A DNA stretch of 64,000 nt from Deltaproteobacteria bacterium (GTDB taxonomy: Bacteria; JAGRBM01; JAHCIT01). The notes under the pieces are model-generated. The model was not told the DNA's origin. It saw only the letters and a program-made list of their open reading frames with translations, and searched no databases. The stretch spans positions 124,001-188,000 of the forward strand of contig JAHCIT010000004.1 of NCBI GenBank assembly GCA_026129095.1. The letters are read 5' to 3'. The position numbers and the translations under genes were made by a program. The number at the start of each line of letters is the position of its first letter. Position 1 is the first letter of the stretch. Below, piece by piece: positions 47,980 to 56,220 of this stretch.

Positions 47980-48399
47980 ATGCCGAAGCAGATTCTGTCC
48001 ACCAAGGGTGCGCCGACCGCCGTGGGCCCCTACTCGCAGGGGGTCGTAGCGGGCGGTTTCCTCTACACGAGCGGGGCGATTCCGCTGGATCCGGCGACGG
48101 GCGAGGTGGTGGGCAAGACCGCCGCCGAGCAGGCGGTGCGCTGCATGAAGAACCTGGAGGCGGTGCTCGCCGCCGGGGGATGCACTTTTGCCGACGTGGT
48201 GAAGACGACGCTCTACCTCGTGAATCTCGCCGACTTCCAGACGGTGAACCAGGAGTACGCGAAGTTCTTCACCGCCGCCCCGCCCGCCCGCTCCACCGTG
48301 GAGGTGAAGGGGCTCGTCAAGGGCGTGCTGGTCGAGATCGACATGACGGCGCTCGTCCCCGAAAAGCCGTTCGTGCCGACACCGAACGACGTGCGCTGA
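47980..48399 (+). CDS. ridA: RidA/YjgF family reactive intermediate deaminase
   Basis: AVGPYSQ, VVKTT, PARSTV and VEID. Confidence 0.92.
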   Translation: MPKQILSTKGAPTAVGPYSQGVVAGGFLYTSGAIPLDPATGEVVGKTAAEQAVRCMKNLEAVLAAGGCTFADVVKTTLYLVNLADFQTVNQEYAKFFTAAPPARSTVEVKGLVKGVLVEIDMTALVPEKPFVPTPNDVR

Positions 48400-48409
48400 C
48401 AGTATTACC

Positions 48410-49000
48410 CTAGAGGCTCGACCGGAAGTCGTAGACCTGCTCGACGCGCTGGCCGCCGGTGCCGCCGGACCACTGTTCCCACAGCTGGACGAGGGCGAGC
48501 GCGCTCACCGGGAGCGTGACGAGCAGGCCGATCACGCCGCCGAAGGCAGCGACGAGATTGAGCGCGATGATGGCGAAGGCGGCCGGCACGGCATCGCCGG
48601 GATGGGCGCCGCAGGTCGAGGCGGCCTCGCGGAAGGTCTCGACGATTCCGGCGCCGCGGCTCGCCGCATTTTCCGAGCGGATGATGAACACCGGCCCCAG
48701 GATCACGGCGGCGATCATCCAGCCGATGAAGGTCGGCACGAACACCAGCACCGAGAAGGCGTAGGCGATGCCGATCACGTAGTCGTCGGGAAAGCCGGCG
48801 AAAGCGTTTTTCACGGTGGCGAGTCCGGGCTTCTCGCCGCGCCGGACGGCGCGGGCCGCTCCGCACAGGAGCAGCATGCCGGGTCCGGTGAGGATGATCG
48901 TCGGGATGAGGAGTAGCGACAAAAGGGCGACGAGCGACAGGTGCGCCGGGGCGGTGAGGTAGGACCGCCAGGCGTCAGCGAGGTTTTTCCTGAAGTTCAC
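48410..49000 (-). CDS. Hypothetical membrane protein
   Basis: Several hydrophobic segments and high-GC coding-like codon usage. Confidence 0.7.
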   Translation of the reverse strand: MNFRKNLADAWRSYLTAPAHLSLVALLSLLLIPTIILTGPGMLLLCGAARAVRRGEKPGLATVKNAFAGFPDDYVIGIAYAFSVLVFVPTFIGWMIAAVILGPVFIIRSENAASRGAGIVETFREAASTCGAHPGDAVPAAFAIIALNLVAAFGGVIGLLVTLPVSALALVQLWEQWSGGTGGQRVEQVYDFRSSL

Positions 49001-49020
49001 CGTTCAGGCGGCGGGGGTTT

Positions 49021-49260
49021 TCAGGCGGCCTTCTTCGGGGCGGCCTTGAGCGCGGCCTGCCGCGTTCCGCGCGGGGCCTTCTCGACCCGGCCACTGCGGA
49101 TGCAGGTCGTGCAGACGCGCATGCGCTTGCTGCCGCCGGGGGTCTTCACCTTGAGGTTCTGGACGTTCACCGACCACTTGCGCCGCGTCTTGCGGTTCGA
49201 GTGCGAAACCTGGTTGCCGAATGTGGGGCCCTTGCCGCAAACTTCACATGCACGTGCCAC
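49021..49260 (-). CDS. rpmB: 50S ribosomal protein L28
   Basis: [33 protein letters not shown]. Confidence 0.97.
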   Translation of the reverse strand: MARACEVCGKGPTFGNQVSHSNRKTRRKWSVNVQNLKVKTPGGSKRMRVCTTCIRSGRVEKAPRGTRQAALKAAPKKAA

Positions 49261-49446
49261 TGCCGGAATCTCCCTGAAAATCTGGTACTTGCGCGTCCTG
49301 CGCGGCCGGGCGTTTCAGTCCCTGGGCCTGCCGCCACTCAGGCGGCGGACGGCCCCCTTAACACGGCCCGGAAGCCCCGGCAAGAGGGGGGAAAGGGAGC
49401 GTTTGTATTTACAAACGCAGGACATCCGGGCTATCCTTAAGCTGGC

Positions 49447-49776
49447 GTGAAGAAGCGCGGCCCGGTGATGTTCGACGGTTTCGACTGGGATTCCGGAAAC
49501 ACCGGGAAGGCGGCCAGACACGGGCTGAAGATCGCGGAGATCGAGGCCTTTTTCACGCAGGAACTGCTGGTAACGGACGACCGGCGCCATTCGTCGGCCG
49601 AAAAGCGACTGATCGCCGTCGGCCGGTCCACGGCAGGGAGACCGATGTTCGTGGCCTACACGCTGCGGCACAAGGACGGGCGGCTGCTGATCCGGGTGAT
49701 TTCCGCCCGGTACGCGCACACCAGGGAGCTCAAAGCCCATGAAAAGCTCGAAGAAGAAAACCCGCAAGACCGCTGA
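49447..49776 (+). CDS. brnT: BrnT family toxin
   Basis: FDWDSGN, RHG, HSSAEKR and IRVISARY. Confidence 0.88.
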   Translation: MKKRGPVMFDGFDWDSGNTGKAARHGLKIAEIEAFFTQELLVTDDRRHSSAEKRLIAVGRSTAGRPMFVAYTLRHKDGRLLIRVISARYAHTRELKAHEKLEEENPQDR

Positions 49777-49975
49777 CCCGCTCGCCGGGGATCTCACCGG
49801 GCTTCTGGAGGACGGCGGCTGGCGGCGCGTGCGCTACGAACTGCGCCCGAAGGACCGGACCGTCACCATCCGCATGAGCTCCGAGCTGCTCCGGGCTGTC
49901 AAGGACCGGGCTGCCCGGGACGGCCTCGACTACCAGAAGTTCATCCGCCTCTCGCTCGAAAAACAGGTGAGCTGA
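49739..49975 (+). CDS. BrnA/CopG-type antitoxin
   Basis: PKDRTVTIRM..LL..VK..A...GLDYQKFIR ribbon-helix-helix; overlaps brnT. Confidence 0.85.
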   Translation: MKSSKKKTRKTADPLAGDLTGLLEDGGWRRVRYELRPKDRTVTIRMSSELLRAVKDRAARDGLDYQKFIRLSLEKQVS

Positions 49976-50049
49976 CGGCCGTCATTCGACCGTGAAGGCC
50001 GGCGATAGTAGGGTTGGCGCACCAGCCCGCCGAAAAGGATCTTTTCTCC

Positions 50050-51438
50050 ATGTCCCACATCAACTGGAACGACAGGCTCTGTTTTGAACCCCGCGTGGCA
50101 AAGGGCGGCCTCGGCCTACCGGCGGACGACGACCGGAACTGGGAGTTCAGGGGCCGCGAGCTGGTGGGCCTCGTCGAGAAGCGGCGGGCCGCGAAAAAGG
50201 ACCTGGGGTTCCTGGACCTGCCGGAAACGATGCCGGCAACGGCCGCCAAATGCCGTGACTACATCGCCCACGCCCGCGAGCACGGCCTCGACACGATGCT
50301 GGTGCTGGGGATCGGCGGGTCATCGCTCGGCGGCCGGATGCTGCAGGAAGCGCTTGCTCCGGCGACGGCGGCGGCGAGCACCCGCCCGCGTGCCGCCGGA
50401 ACGATGCGCGTCCTGTTCGCCGATTCGCTCGACCCGGACACCTTCGCTACGCTGCTCGCATCGGTGGACTGCCGCAAAACCTGCGTGAACGTCATCTCCA
50501 AGTCCGGCTCCACCGCCGAAACGCTGGCGCAGTTCCTCATCTGCCGCGAGCGGTGGGAGCGGGAAACCGGCCCCAACTGGCACCACTACTTCTGCTTCAC
50601 GACTGATCCGGTGAAAGGGCCGCTCCGCCAGATCGCCGGGCAGCACCATATCCGCAGCTTCGAGGTGCCCCCGAACGTGGGCGGGAGGTTCAGCGTGCTG
50701 TCGGCCGTGGGCCTTCTGCCCGCTGCCGCCATGGGGATTGATCTGGCCGAACTGCTCGCCGGAGCTGGCCGCACCCGTGACCTGTGCCTGAGGACCGACC
50801 CGCTCACAAACCCCGCGCTGCGGTTCGCCCTGATGCACCTCAAGCTGAAAGACCGGGGACTTGCGGAAACACTTATATGGCCTTACGTGGACCGGCTGCG
50901 GTCGTTTGGCCTGTGGTTCGCCCAGCTCTGGGCCGAAAGCCTGGGGAAAAGCACCCGTTCGCACCGGGCAAAACTCAGGCAGGGGTTTACCCCGGTCCTG
51001 TCGCTGGGGGCCGCCGACCAGCACAGCCAGCTCCAGCTTTATCTGGAATCCCCCGCCCGGCGGCTCGCCGTGGTGATCGGACAGGAGCAGCACCTGTCAG
51101 ACCCCAGATTCCCCAGTTATTTCAATGAGTTTGAGGAAATCGCCTATCTCCCCGGCCACACCCTGGGGGCCCTCCAGGAAGCCGAGCGGCAGGCGACCGT
51201 CCTCAGTCTCGCGCAAAACGGCACCCCTGTCATACAGATTTCCATAGACAGCGTTTCTCCCCGTGTGATAGGCGATTTGATAATGCTGTTCGAGGCCGCC
51301 ACGGTTCTCACCGGCGAAGGGCTCGGGCTGGACGCCATGGACCAGCCGGCCGTCGAACAGGGGAAGCGGTACGCCATGGGTACGCTCGGCCGCAAGGGTT
51401 ACGAGCATTACCGGCTGGCCGCAGACGCAACGAAGTAG
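50050..51438 (+). CDS. pgi: Glucose-6-phosphate isomerase
   Basis: GIGGSSLG, ISKSGSTAET, VGGRFSVLS, QLWAESLGK and DQPAVEQGK. Confidence 0.95.
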   Translation: MSHINWNDRLCFEPRVAKGGLGLPADDDRNWEFRGRELVGLVEKRRAAKKDLGFLDLPETMPATAAKCRDYIAHAREHGLDTMLVLGIGGSSLGGRMLQEALAPATAAASTRPRAAGTMRVLFADSLDPDTFATLLASVDCRKTCVNVISKSGSTAETLAQFLICRERWERETGPNWHHYFCFTTDPVKGPLRQIAGQHHIRSFEVPPNVGGRFSVLSAVGLLPAAAMGIDLAELLAGAGRTRDLCLRTDPLTNPALRFALMHLKLKDRGLAETLIWPYVDRLRSFGLWFAQLWAESLGKSTRSHRAKLRQGFTPVLSLGAADQHSQLQLYLESPARRLAVVIGQEQHLSDPRFPSYFNEFEEIAYLPGHTLGALQEAERQATVLSLAQNGTPVIQISIDSVSPRVIGDLIMLFEAATVLTGEGLGLDAMDQPAVEQGKRYAMGTLGRKGYEHYRLAADATK

Positions 51439-51567
51439 CTGCAGCCGCGGGTGGCGGCTCCGGAAGAGGGTTCAGGCAGGGTACGGGGGAGTTCCTGTGC
51501 CCGGGCGCCGGCAGGAAAGGCCGGTGCGGCGGCAAACAGTTTGTGAAGGGGTATCAGGCACCGCGAA

Positions 51568-52278
51568 ATGTCAGGAAAAAGTCCACTCAAGTTTGAAACA
51601 TTCATCGAGCAGTTCCCCAGGCGGCTCGAAAAGGCCCTGTCGGGTTTCCGGGTAATCCGCCGGCTCGGCGACGAGCTTGAATACGAATACCAGGGGTTCG
51701 ACAACGCCCTCGACCTCAAGATCGTCTACGAGAAGTTCCACGAGATCAACGCCGACCTCGCCTCGCTGGTGGCCCGCTACGCCGACTACGTGCGCCAGTT
51801 CGCCGAGAAGTCCCGCCTGCCGCAGGCGACCGCGACGGCTGTGCAGCACTACAACGGCTACTCGGAGAAAGAGGCCGACTGGTTCGAGAAGGCCGCCGCC
51901 GAGCGGCGCCAGCGCCTGCAGCTAGCCGCGCCGCCGCCCCCGCCGCCGCCCGTCTCCACACCGTCGAACCGCCACCCGAAGGTGATCAAGGTAAAGCCCC
52001 GCCGCGCGCCCCGGCTTCTGGTGCAGCCCCCGCCGCCACCGGCGGCCGTCCCCCCGGCTTCCGGCAAGAGCGGCAACGGCTCCCACCCGGCGCCCTCGCG
52101 CAAGCGGGCAGCCCCGGCAGCGCGCAAGGCCGCCAAGGGTGCATCGGCCAGGAAGAGCCCCAAACGGGCCCCTGTCAAGGCCAAGCGCCCCGCCTCCAAG
52201 CCAGCGGGGCGCAAGCGGGCCAAGGCGGCCGCCAAGCCGCGTTTCATGGACCGGGTAAAAAAGCTGTTCGGACGCTAA
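51568..52278 (+). CDS. Hypothetical protein with a Pro-rich linker and Lys/Ala/Arg-rich (histone H1-like) C-terminal tail
   Basis: Helical N-domain, PPPPPP runs, then ARKAAKGASARKSPKRAPVKAKRPASKP. Confidence 0.75.
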   Translation: MSGKSPLKFETFIEQFPRRLEKALSGFRVIRRLGDELEYEYQGFDNALDLKIVYEKFHEINADLASLVARYADYVRQFAEKSRLPQATATAVQHYNGYSEKEADWFEKAAAERRQRLQLAAPPPPPPPVSTPSNRHPKVIKVKPRRAPRLLVQPPPPPAAVPPASGKSGNGSHPAPSRKRAAPAARKAAKGASARKSPKRAPVKAKRPASKPAGRKRAKAAAKPRFMDRVKKLFGR

Positions 52279-52295
52279 AGGGAAAGCCCCGCCCG

Positions 52296-52706
52296 TCAGT
52301 GGGCAGGTTCGCGGGCGAAGTTCCGGTTCCAGCCGGGAATCTCGACCTCAAGATTCGCCGTCCCGTCGGGAACGGCCTGGCAGGCAAGCCGCGAGTCAGG
52401 CGTGTTGCCGGGGGCCTGCTCGATCCGGTCCAGTTCAGCGTCGGAAGGTTCGCTGAGGCTCCTGCCGCCCTGCCGGACGATGACGTGGCACGTGGAGCAG
52501 GCGCATACCCCGCCGCAGGCATGGTCAATGTCCACGCCATGCGCCAGCGCGATGTCGAGGATCGAGCCCGGCTCGCCGTCCCGTCCGTAGGGGATTTTCG
52601 CCGGGTCCACCTCGACGGTGACGTTCGCCGGCTGGAAGGTGACGCTGAACTTCTGCTGCGCCTTCCTCGCCTCGCCGCGCTGGATGTAGGGACTGCTTCC
52701 GCCCAT
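52296..52706 (-). CDS. fdx: 2Fe-2S ferredoxin (ISC/adrenodoxin type)
   Basis: HACGGVCACSTCH...SRLACQ. Confidence 0.93.
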   Translation of the reverse strand: MGGSSPYIQRGEARKAQQKFSVTFQPANVTVEVDPAKIPYGRDGEPGSILDIALAHGVDIDHACGGVCACSTCHVIVRQGGRSLSEPSDAELDRIEQAPGNTPDSRLACQAVPDGTANLEVEIPGWNRNFAREPAH

Positions 52707-52782
52707 CAGGAATCATGCTCCGAAAACCGGGCCACCAGGGCCCGGGCAGGTAATTGGCACGGCTTCCGGTAAAAAGGGAATA

Positions 52783-52859
52783 TGGTGCCCCCGGCAAGAG
52801 TCGAACTTGCGACCTTGGCCTTAGGAAGGCCCTGCTCTATCCAACTGAGCTACGGGGGC
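52783..52859 (-). tRNA. tRNA-Arg(CCT)
   Basis: gcccccgtagctcagttggatagagca-gggcc-ttcctaa-ggcca-aggtcgcaagttcgactcttgccgggggca-cca: cloverleaf, TTC loop and encoded CCA. Confidence 0.96.
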
Positions 52860-52981
52860 GAAAGCTGGCAGGGGCGGCAAACAGAGGCTCCGCCCGGCAT
52901 TCGCGGCCTGGCGGAGCCTGTGTTGAGGAAAACCCCAGGTTCCGGCCGCCAGAGGACGGCCGGAACCGGATCAGGCCGCGA

Positions 52982-53173
52982 TCAGATATCGCGGGCCTTC
53001 ACTGTGGCACGGTTCGAGGCCTTGGCCCGCTCGACGGCCTTGGCGACCAGGCGCTCCACCTCGGCGCTGATTGCCGGGATGGCTTCGGCCGAGCACTGCA
53101 TCTTCTTGCTCTTGACCAGTTCCTTGATCTTCGACTGAACCACGTAAATTTCCTTGGACTTGTTGTTGCTCAT
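52982..53173 (-). CDS. Bacterial histone-fold protein (Bd0055-like), 63 aa
   Basis: MSNNKSKEIYVVQSKIKELVKSKKMQCSAEAIPAISAEVERLVAKAVERAKASNRATVKARDI, with the RxTxxxxD histone-fold signature and SD ggagg. Confidence 0.88.
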   Translation of the reverse strand: MSNNKSKEIYVVQSKIKELVKSKKMQCSAEAIPAISAEVERLVAKAVERAKASNRATVKARDI

Positions 53174-53280
53174 TGAGCACTCCCTCCACAGTTTTTCTGA
53201 CCCGGCCCCGGCTGGTAAATTCCCCGGAAACCGCCACCTGTGCGGCTCCGGCCAGTCCGCAGGACGCGCCTTATGCACCG

Positions 53281-53310
53281 AGAATGGCCTTTAACGGTAT
53301 CTCCCGTCAA
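53281..53310 (-). promoter_or_regulatory. Putative sigma70 promoter for the histone gene (TTGACG-N18-CATTCT)
   Basis: Minus-strand hexamers with AT-rich tracts upstream. Confidence 0.45.
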
Positions 53311-53347
53311 CCAGAAAAATAGGCCCAAGCCCAATTTTATTGCCCTG

Positions 53348-53884
53348 TCAGTACTGGACCACCGAGGCCACACGGCAGGGTGAAAGGCGTTCACGTCCCT
53401 TAAGAAACTCCAGTTCCACCAGTACCGACAGCCCGGCCACATGCCCCCGGCACTCCTCGACCAGCTTGAGGACGGCCCCGGCGGTGCCCCCGGTGGCCAG
53501 GAGATCGTCCACGATCAGGACGTGGGCGCCCTCGGCAACCGCATCTGTATGAATTTGCAACGTATCCTCGCCGTACTCCAGGGCATAGGAGACGGTCTTC
53601 GTGCGCCAGGGGAGCTTGCCGCTCTTTCGCACCGGGACAAACCCGGCGTGCAGGTAGCTGGCGATGGCGCTGCCGAAGATGAACCCCCGCGCCTCGATGC
53701 CAAGCACCACGTCTATCCGTTCCACCTCGAACGGCTGGGCCATCAGCGTGATGGCGCTTTTCAGCAGCCTGGGATCGTGCAGGACCGGCGTGATGTCCTT
53801 GAACAGGATCCCCGGCTTGGGGAAATCCGGCACATCGCGGATGGCCTTGCGGATGGCAGCAACGGAAGCGGTCGTGGTGGTCAT
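53348..53884 (-). CDS. apt: Adenine phosphoribosyltransferase
   Basis: [25 protein letters not shown] and [10 protein letters not shown]. Confidence 0.97.
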   Translation of the reverse strand: MTTTTASVAAIRKAIRDVPDFPKPGILFKDITPVLHDPRLLKSAITLMAQPFEVERIDVVLGIEARGFIFGSAIASYLHAGFVPVRKSGKLPWRTKTVSYALEYGEDTLQIHTDAVAEGAHVLIVDDLLATGGTAGAVLKLVEECRGHVAGLSVLVELEFLKGRERLSPCRVASVVQY

Positions 53885-53969
53885 GGGGTTTCTCCTTTAT
53901 GTTGAGCCGGCCTTTGGGCCGGCATTGCAGTTAAAAGAGACGGGCCAGGAGGGCCAGTCAGGACGCGGC

Positions 53970-55052
53970 TCAAGGCACCAGGGCCAGGGCCGTCAGCGCG
54001 GTGGTTTCAGGGAAACCCGCCAGCAGATTCATGCACTGGACGGCCGAACCGGACGCGCCCTTGCACAGGTTATCGATGGCCGTGACGATCACGACCCGTC
54101 CGTCCGGCGCCACGGCGCAGGAAAGGTCGGCATAGTTGGTCCCGTTCACGTCGCGGGTGGCCGGGAAGGCGCCTTCCGGGCAGATGCGGATGAACGGCTC
54201 GCCGGCATATGCCTTCCGCCACAGGCCCGTCACCTGCTTCCAGGTGGTTCCGGCCGGGGCCTTGGCATAGATCGTGGAAAGTATCCCGCGGTTCATCGGC
54301 ACAAGATGCGGCGTGAACGTCACGTGGATGTTTTTCCCCGCCGCCACCGACAGCTCCTGCTCGATCTCCGGTGTGTGCCGGTGGGTGAGCACCTTGTATG
54401 CCTTGAAACTCCCCGATACCTCGGTGAAGAGATTATCCACCGACGCTCCGCGCCCCGCGCCGGAGACGCCCGATTTGGAGTCGATCACGATGTCCCCGGT
54501 CCCGGTCAGGCCGGCGCGCAGGAGCGGCGCGAGCGAGAGGATCGGCCCCTGCGGATAGCAGCCGGGGTTGGCAATGAGCCGGGCCTTTTTGATCCGGTCC
54601 CGGTAGATTTCGGGCAGCCCGTAGACCGCCTCCCTGAGGAACTGCGGCGCCGGGTGCTGGCCGTAAGTTTTCCCGTAAACGGCGGCGTCCTTCAGCCGGA
54701 AGTCGGCCGAAAGATCTATTACCTTCTTGCCGAGTTTCAGCACCTCGATGACTGTCGGGGCCGCTTCGGCGTGGGGAAGCGCGGTAAAGACGATATCGGC
54801 CGACTTCGCCGCCCGGGCCGGATCCAGCCGCTCCAGTTTCAGTCCGTCGTACGGCCCCTTAAGCGAGGGAAACAGTTCGGCCACCGGCTGACCGGCCGAT
54901 TTCTCGCTGGAGGCGTAGACAACCTCCACGCCCGGATGGCCCGCGAGCAGGCGGAGCAGTTCGAGGCCCGTGTAGCCCGATGCGCCGCAGATGGCGACTC
55001 GGAGCCTCCCTGCCGCCGCTGAACCCTTTTTGCCTGCAGGCCGCTTTGCCAT
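53970..55052 (-). CDS. argC: N-acetyl-gamma-glutamyl-phosphate reductase
   Basis: GASGYTG, DLSADFRL, ANPGCYP and DNLCKGASG. Confidence 0.97.
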   Translation of the reverse strand: MAKRPAGKKGSAAAGRLRVAICGASGYTGLELLRLLAGHPGVEVVYASSEKSAGQPVAELFPSLKGPYDGLKLERLDPARAAKSADIVFTALPHAEAAPTVIEVLKLGKKVIDLSADFRLKDAAVYGKTYGQHPAPQFLREAVYGLPEIYRDRIKKARLIANPGCYPQGPILSLAPLLRAGLTGTGDIVIDSKSGVSGAGRGASVDNLFTEVSGSFKAYKVLTHRHTPEIEQELSVAAGKNIHVTFTPHLVPMNRGILSTIYAKAPAGTTWKQVTGLWRKAYAGEPFIRICPEGAFPATRDVNGTNYADLSCAVAPDGRVVIVTAIDNLCKGASGSAVQCMNLLAGFPETTALTALALVP

Positions 55053-55174
55053 GCCGACCTCCCGAACTGGCCGCTGCCAGAAAGCCCGCTCTCAAAACCC
55101 GCCCAAAACCGAGGGGCGGCTTCCGGTATGCCCGGAATGCCGCCCCTGCTGCAAGTCCCGCCGGGAAACCGGGC

Positions 55175-55573
55175 TTAGCGCTTGGAGAACTGGTAACGCT
55201 TGCGCGCGCCGGGCTGTCCGTACTTCTTGCGCTCGACCTCACGCGGATCGCGGGTGAGAAGGCCATTCTTCTTCAGAACACCGCGGAACTCCGGGTTCGC
55301 CGCCACCAGGGCACGGCTGATGCCGTGGCGCACAGCCTCGGCCTGACCGGTGGTGCCGCCGCCCACGACGTTCACATAGACGTCATAGGAGCCGTTGGTG
55401 CTGGTCAGGTCGAACGGCTGGTTGATCTTCATCTTCGCCGTGTCGAGCTTGAAATACTCCTCGATCGGGCGGTGGTTCACCACGATATTGCCCTGTCCCG
55501 ACTTCATCCGGATGCGGGCGATGGACCGCTTGCGGCGGCCGGTGGTGTTGATGGTCTTGGAAGCTGCTGACAT
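55175..55573 (-). CDS. rpsI: 30S ribosomal protein S9
   Basis: [13 protein letters not shown] and [24 protein letters not shown]. Confidence 0.98.
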   Translation of the reverse strand: MSAASKTINTTGRRKRSIARIRMKSGQGNIVVNHRPIEEYFKLDTAKMKINQPFDLTSTNGSYDVYVNVVGGGTTGQAEAVRHGISRALVAANPEFRGVLKKNGLLTRDPREVERKKYGQPGARKRYQFSKR

Positions 55574-55613
55574 GAACGCGTTTCCTTACGTCGTGGTGGG
55601 GGCTAACGGGTTT

Positions 55614-56072
55614 TCAGGCCCGTGCGGTGTGCTGCTTTTTGGAATCCAGTTCGAGCTTCTGCGGGTTCTGGACCGCATGGGGATGCTCGGGACCGGCATA
55701 GACCTTGAGCTTGGTGAGGAGCTGCCGGTTGAGCGGCGTGCGGTTCATCATCCGCTTGACGGCAACCTCGATCACTTCCTCGGGGCGGCGGTCCAGCATC
55801 TGGCGGGCGTTGGCCGACTTGAGGCCGCCCACATAGCCGGAATACCAGTGGTACATCTTGTCGTTCAGCTTGTTGCCGGTGAGCTTCACCTTGCTGGCGT
55901 TGACGACGATCACGAAGTCACCCGCATCGGTGTGCGGCGTGTAGGCCGCCTTGTGCTTGCCGCGCAGGACGTTGGCGACGCGGGTCGCCAGCCGGCCGAG
56001 CACGACGTCTTCGGCGTCCACGACCCACCACTTGCGCTCGATTTCGCCGGGCTTCGCAAACCGGGTAGCCAT
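55614..56072 (-). CDS. rplM: 50S ribosomal protein L13
   Basis: WWVVDA..LGRLA, LRGKHK..YTPH.D.GD and LKVYAGPEHPH. Confidence 0.98.
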   Translation of the reverse strand: MATRFAKPGEIERKWWVVDAEDVVLGRLATRVANVLRGKHKAAYTPHTDAGDFVIVVNASKVKLTGNKLNDKMYHWYSGYVGGLKSANARQMLDRRPEEVIEVAVKRMMNRTPLNRQLLTKLKVYAGPEHPHAVQNPQKLELDSKKQHTARA

Positions 56073-56146
56073 AACAGTCAAATCTCCTGTACTTACCGGG
56101 AGTTAGTCCTCCCGCTCCGGGCAGGGATACCTCCCGAAGGCGGCGG

Positions 56147-56176
56147 ACTATAGGGAGAGCCCCCCCAGCCCGTCAA
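56147..56176 (-). promoter_or_regulatory. Sigma70 promoter of rplM-rpsI (TTGACG-N18-TATAGT)
   Basis: Near-consensus hexamers followed by a GC-rich discriminator. Confidence 0.65.
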
Positions 56177-56220
56177 GAGCCATCGGGCAGCTTTTCGGCA
56201 TCCGGGGACTTTAGGAGCGG

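Noticed and set aside
52783-52859. tRNA-Arg as an occupied integration site
   Set aside because: No integrase and no duplicated tRNA 3' end were seen, and the flanks are core genes.
52982-53278. 98-aa version of the histone ORF with an N-terminal tail
   Set aside because: A clear SD precedes ATG 53173, and the extension overlaps the predicted 5' UTR and is not histone-like.
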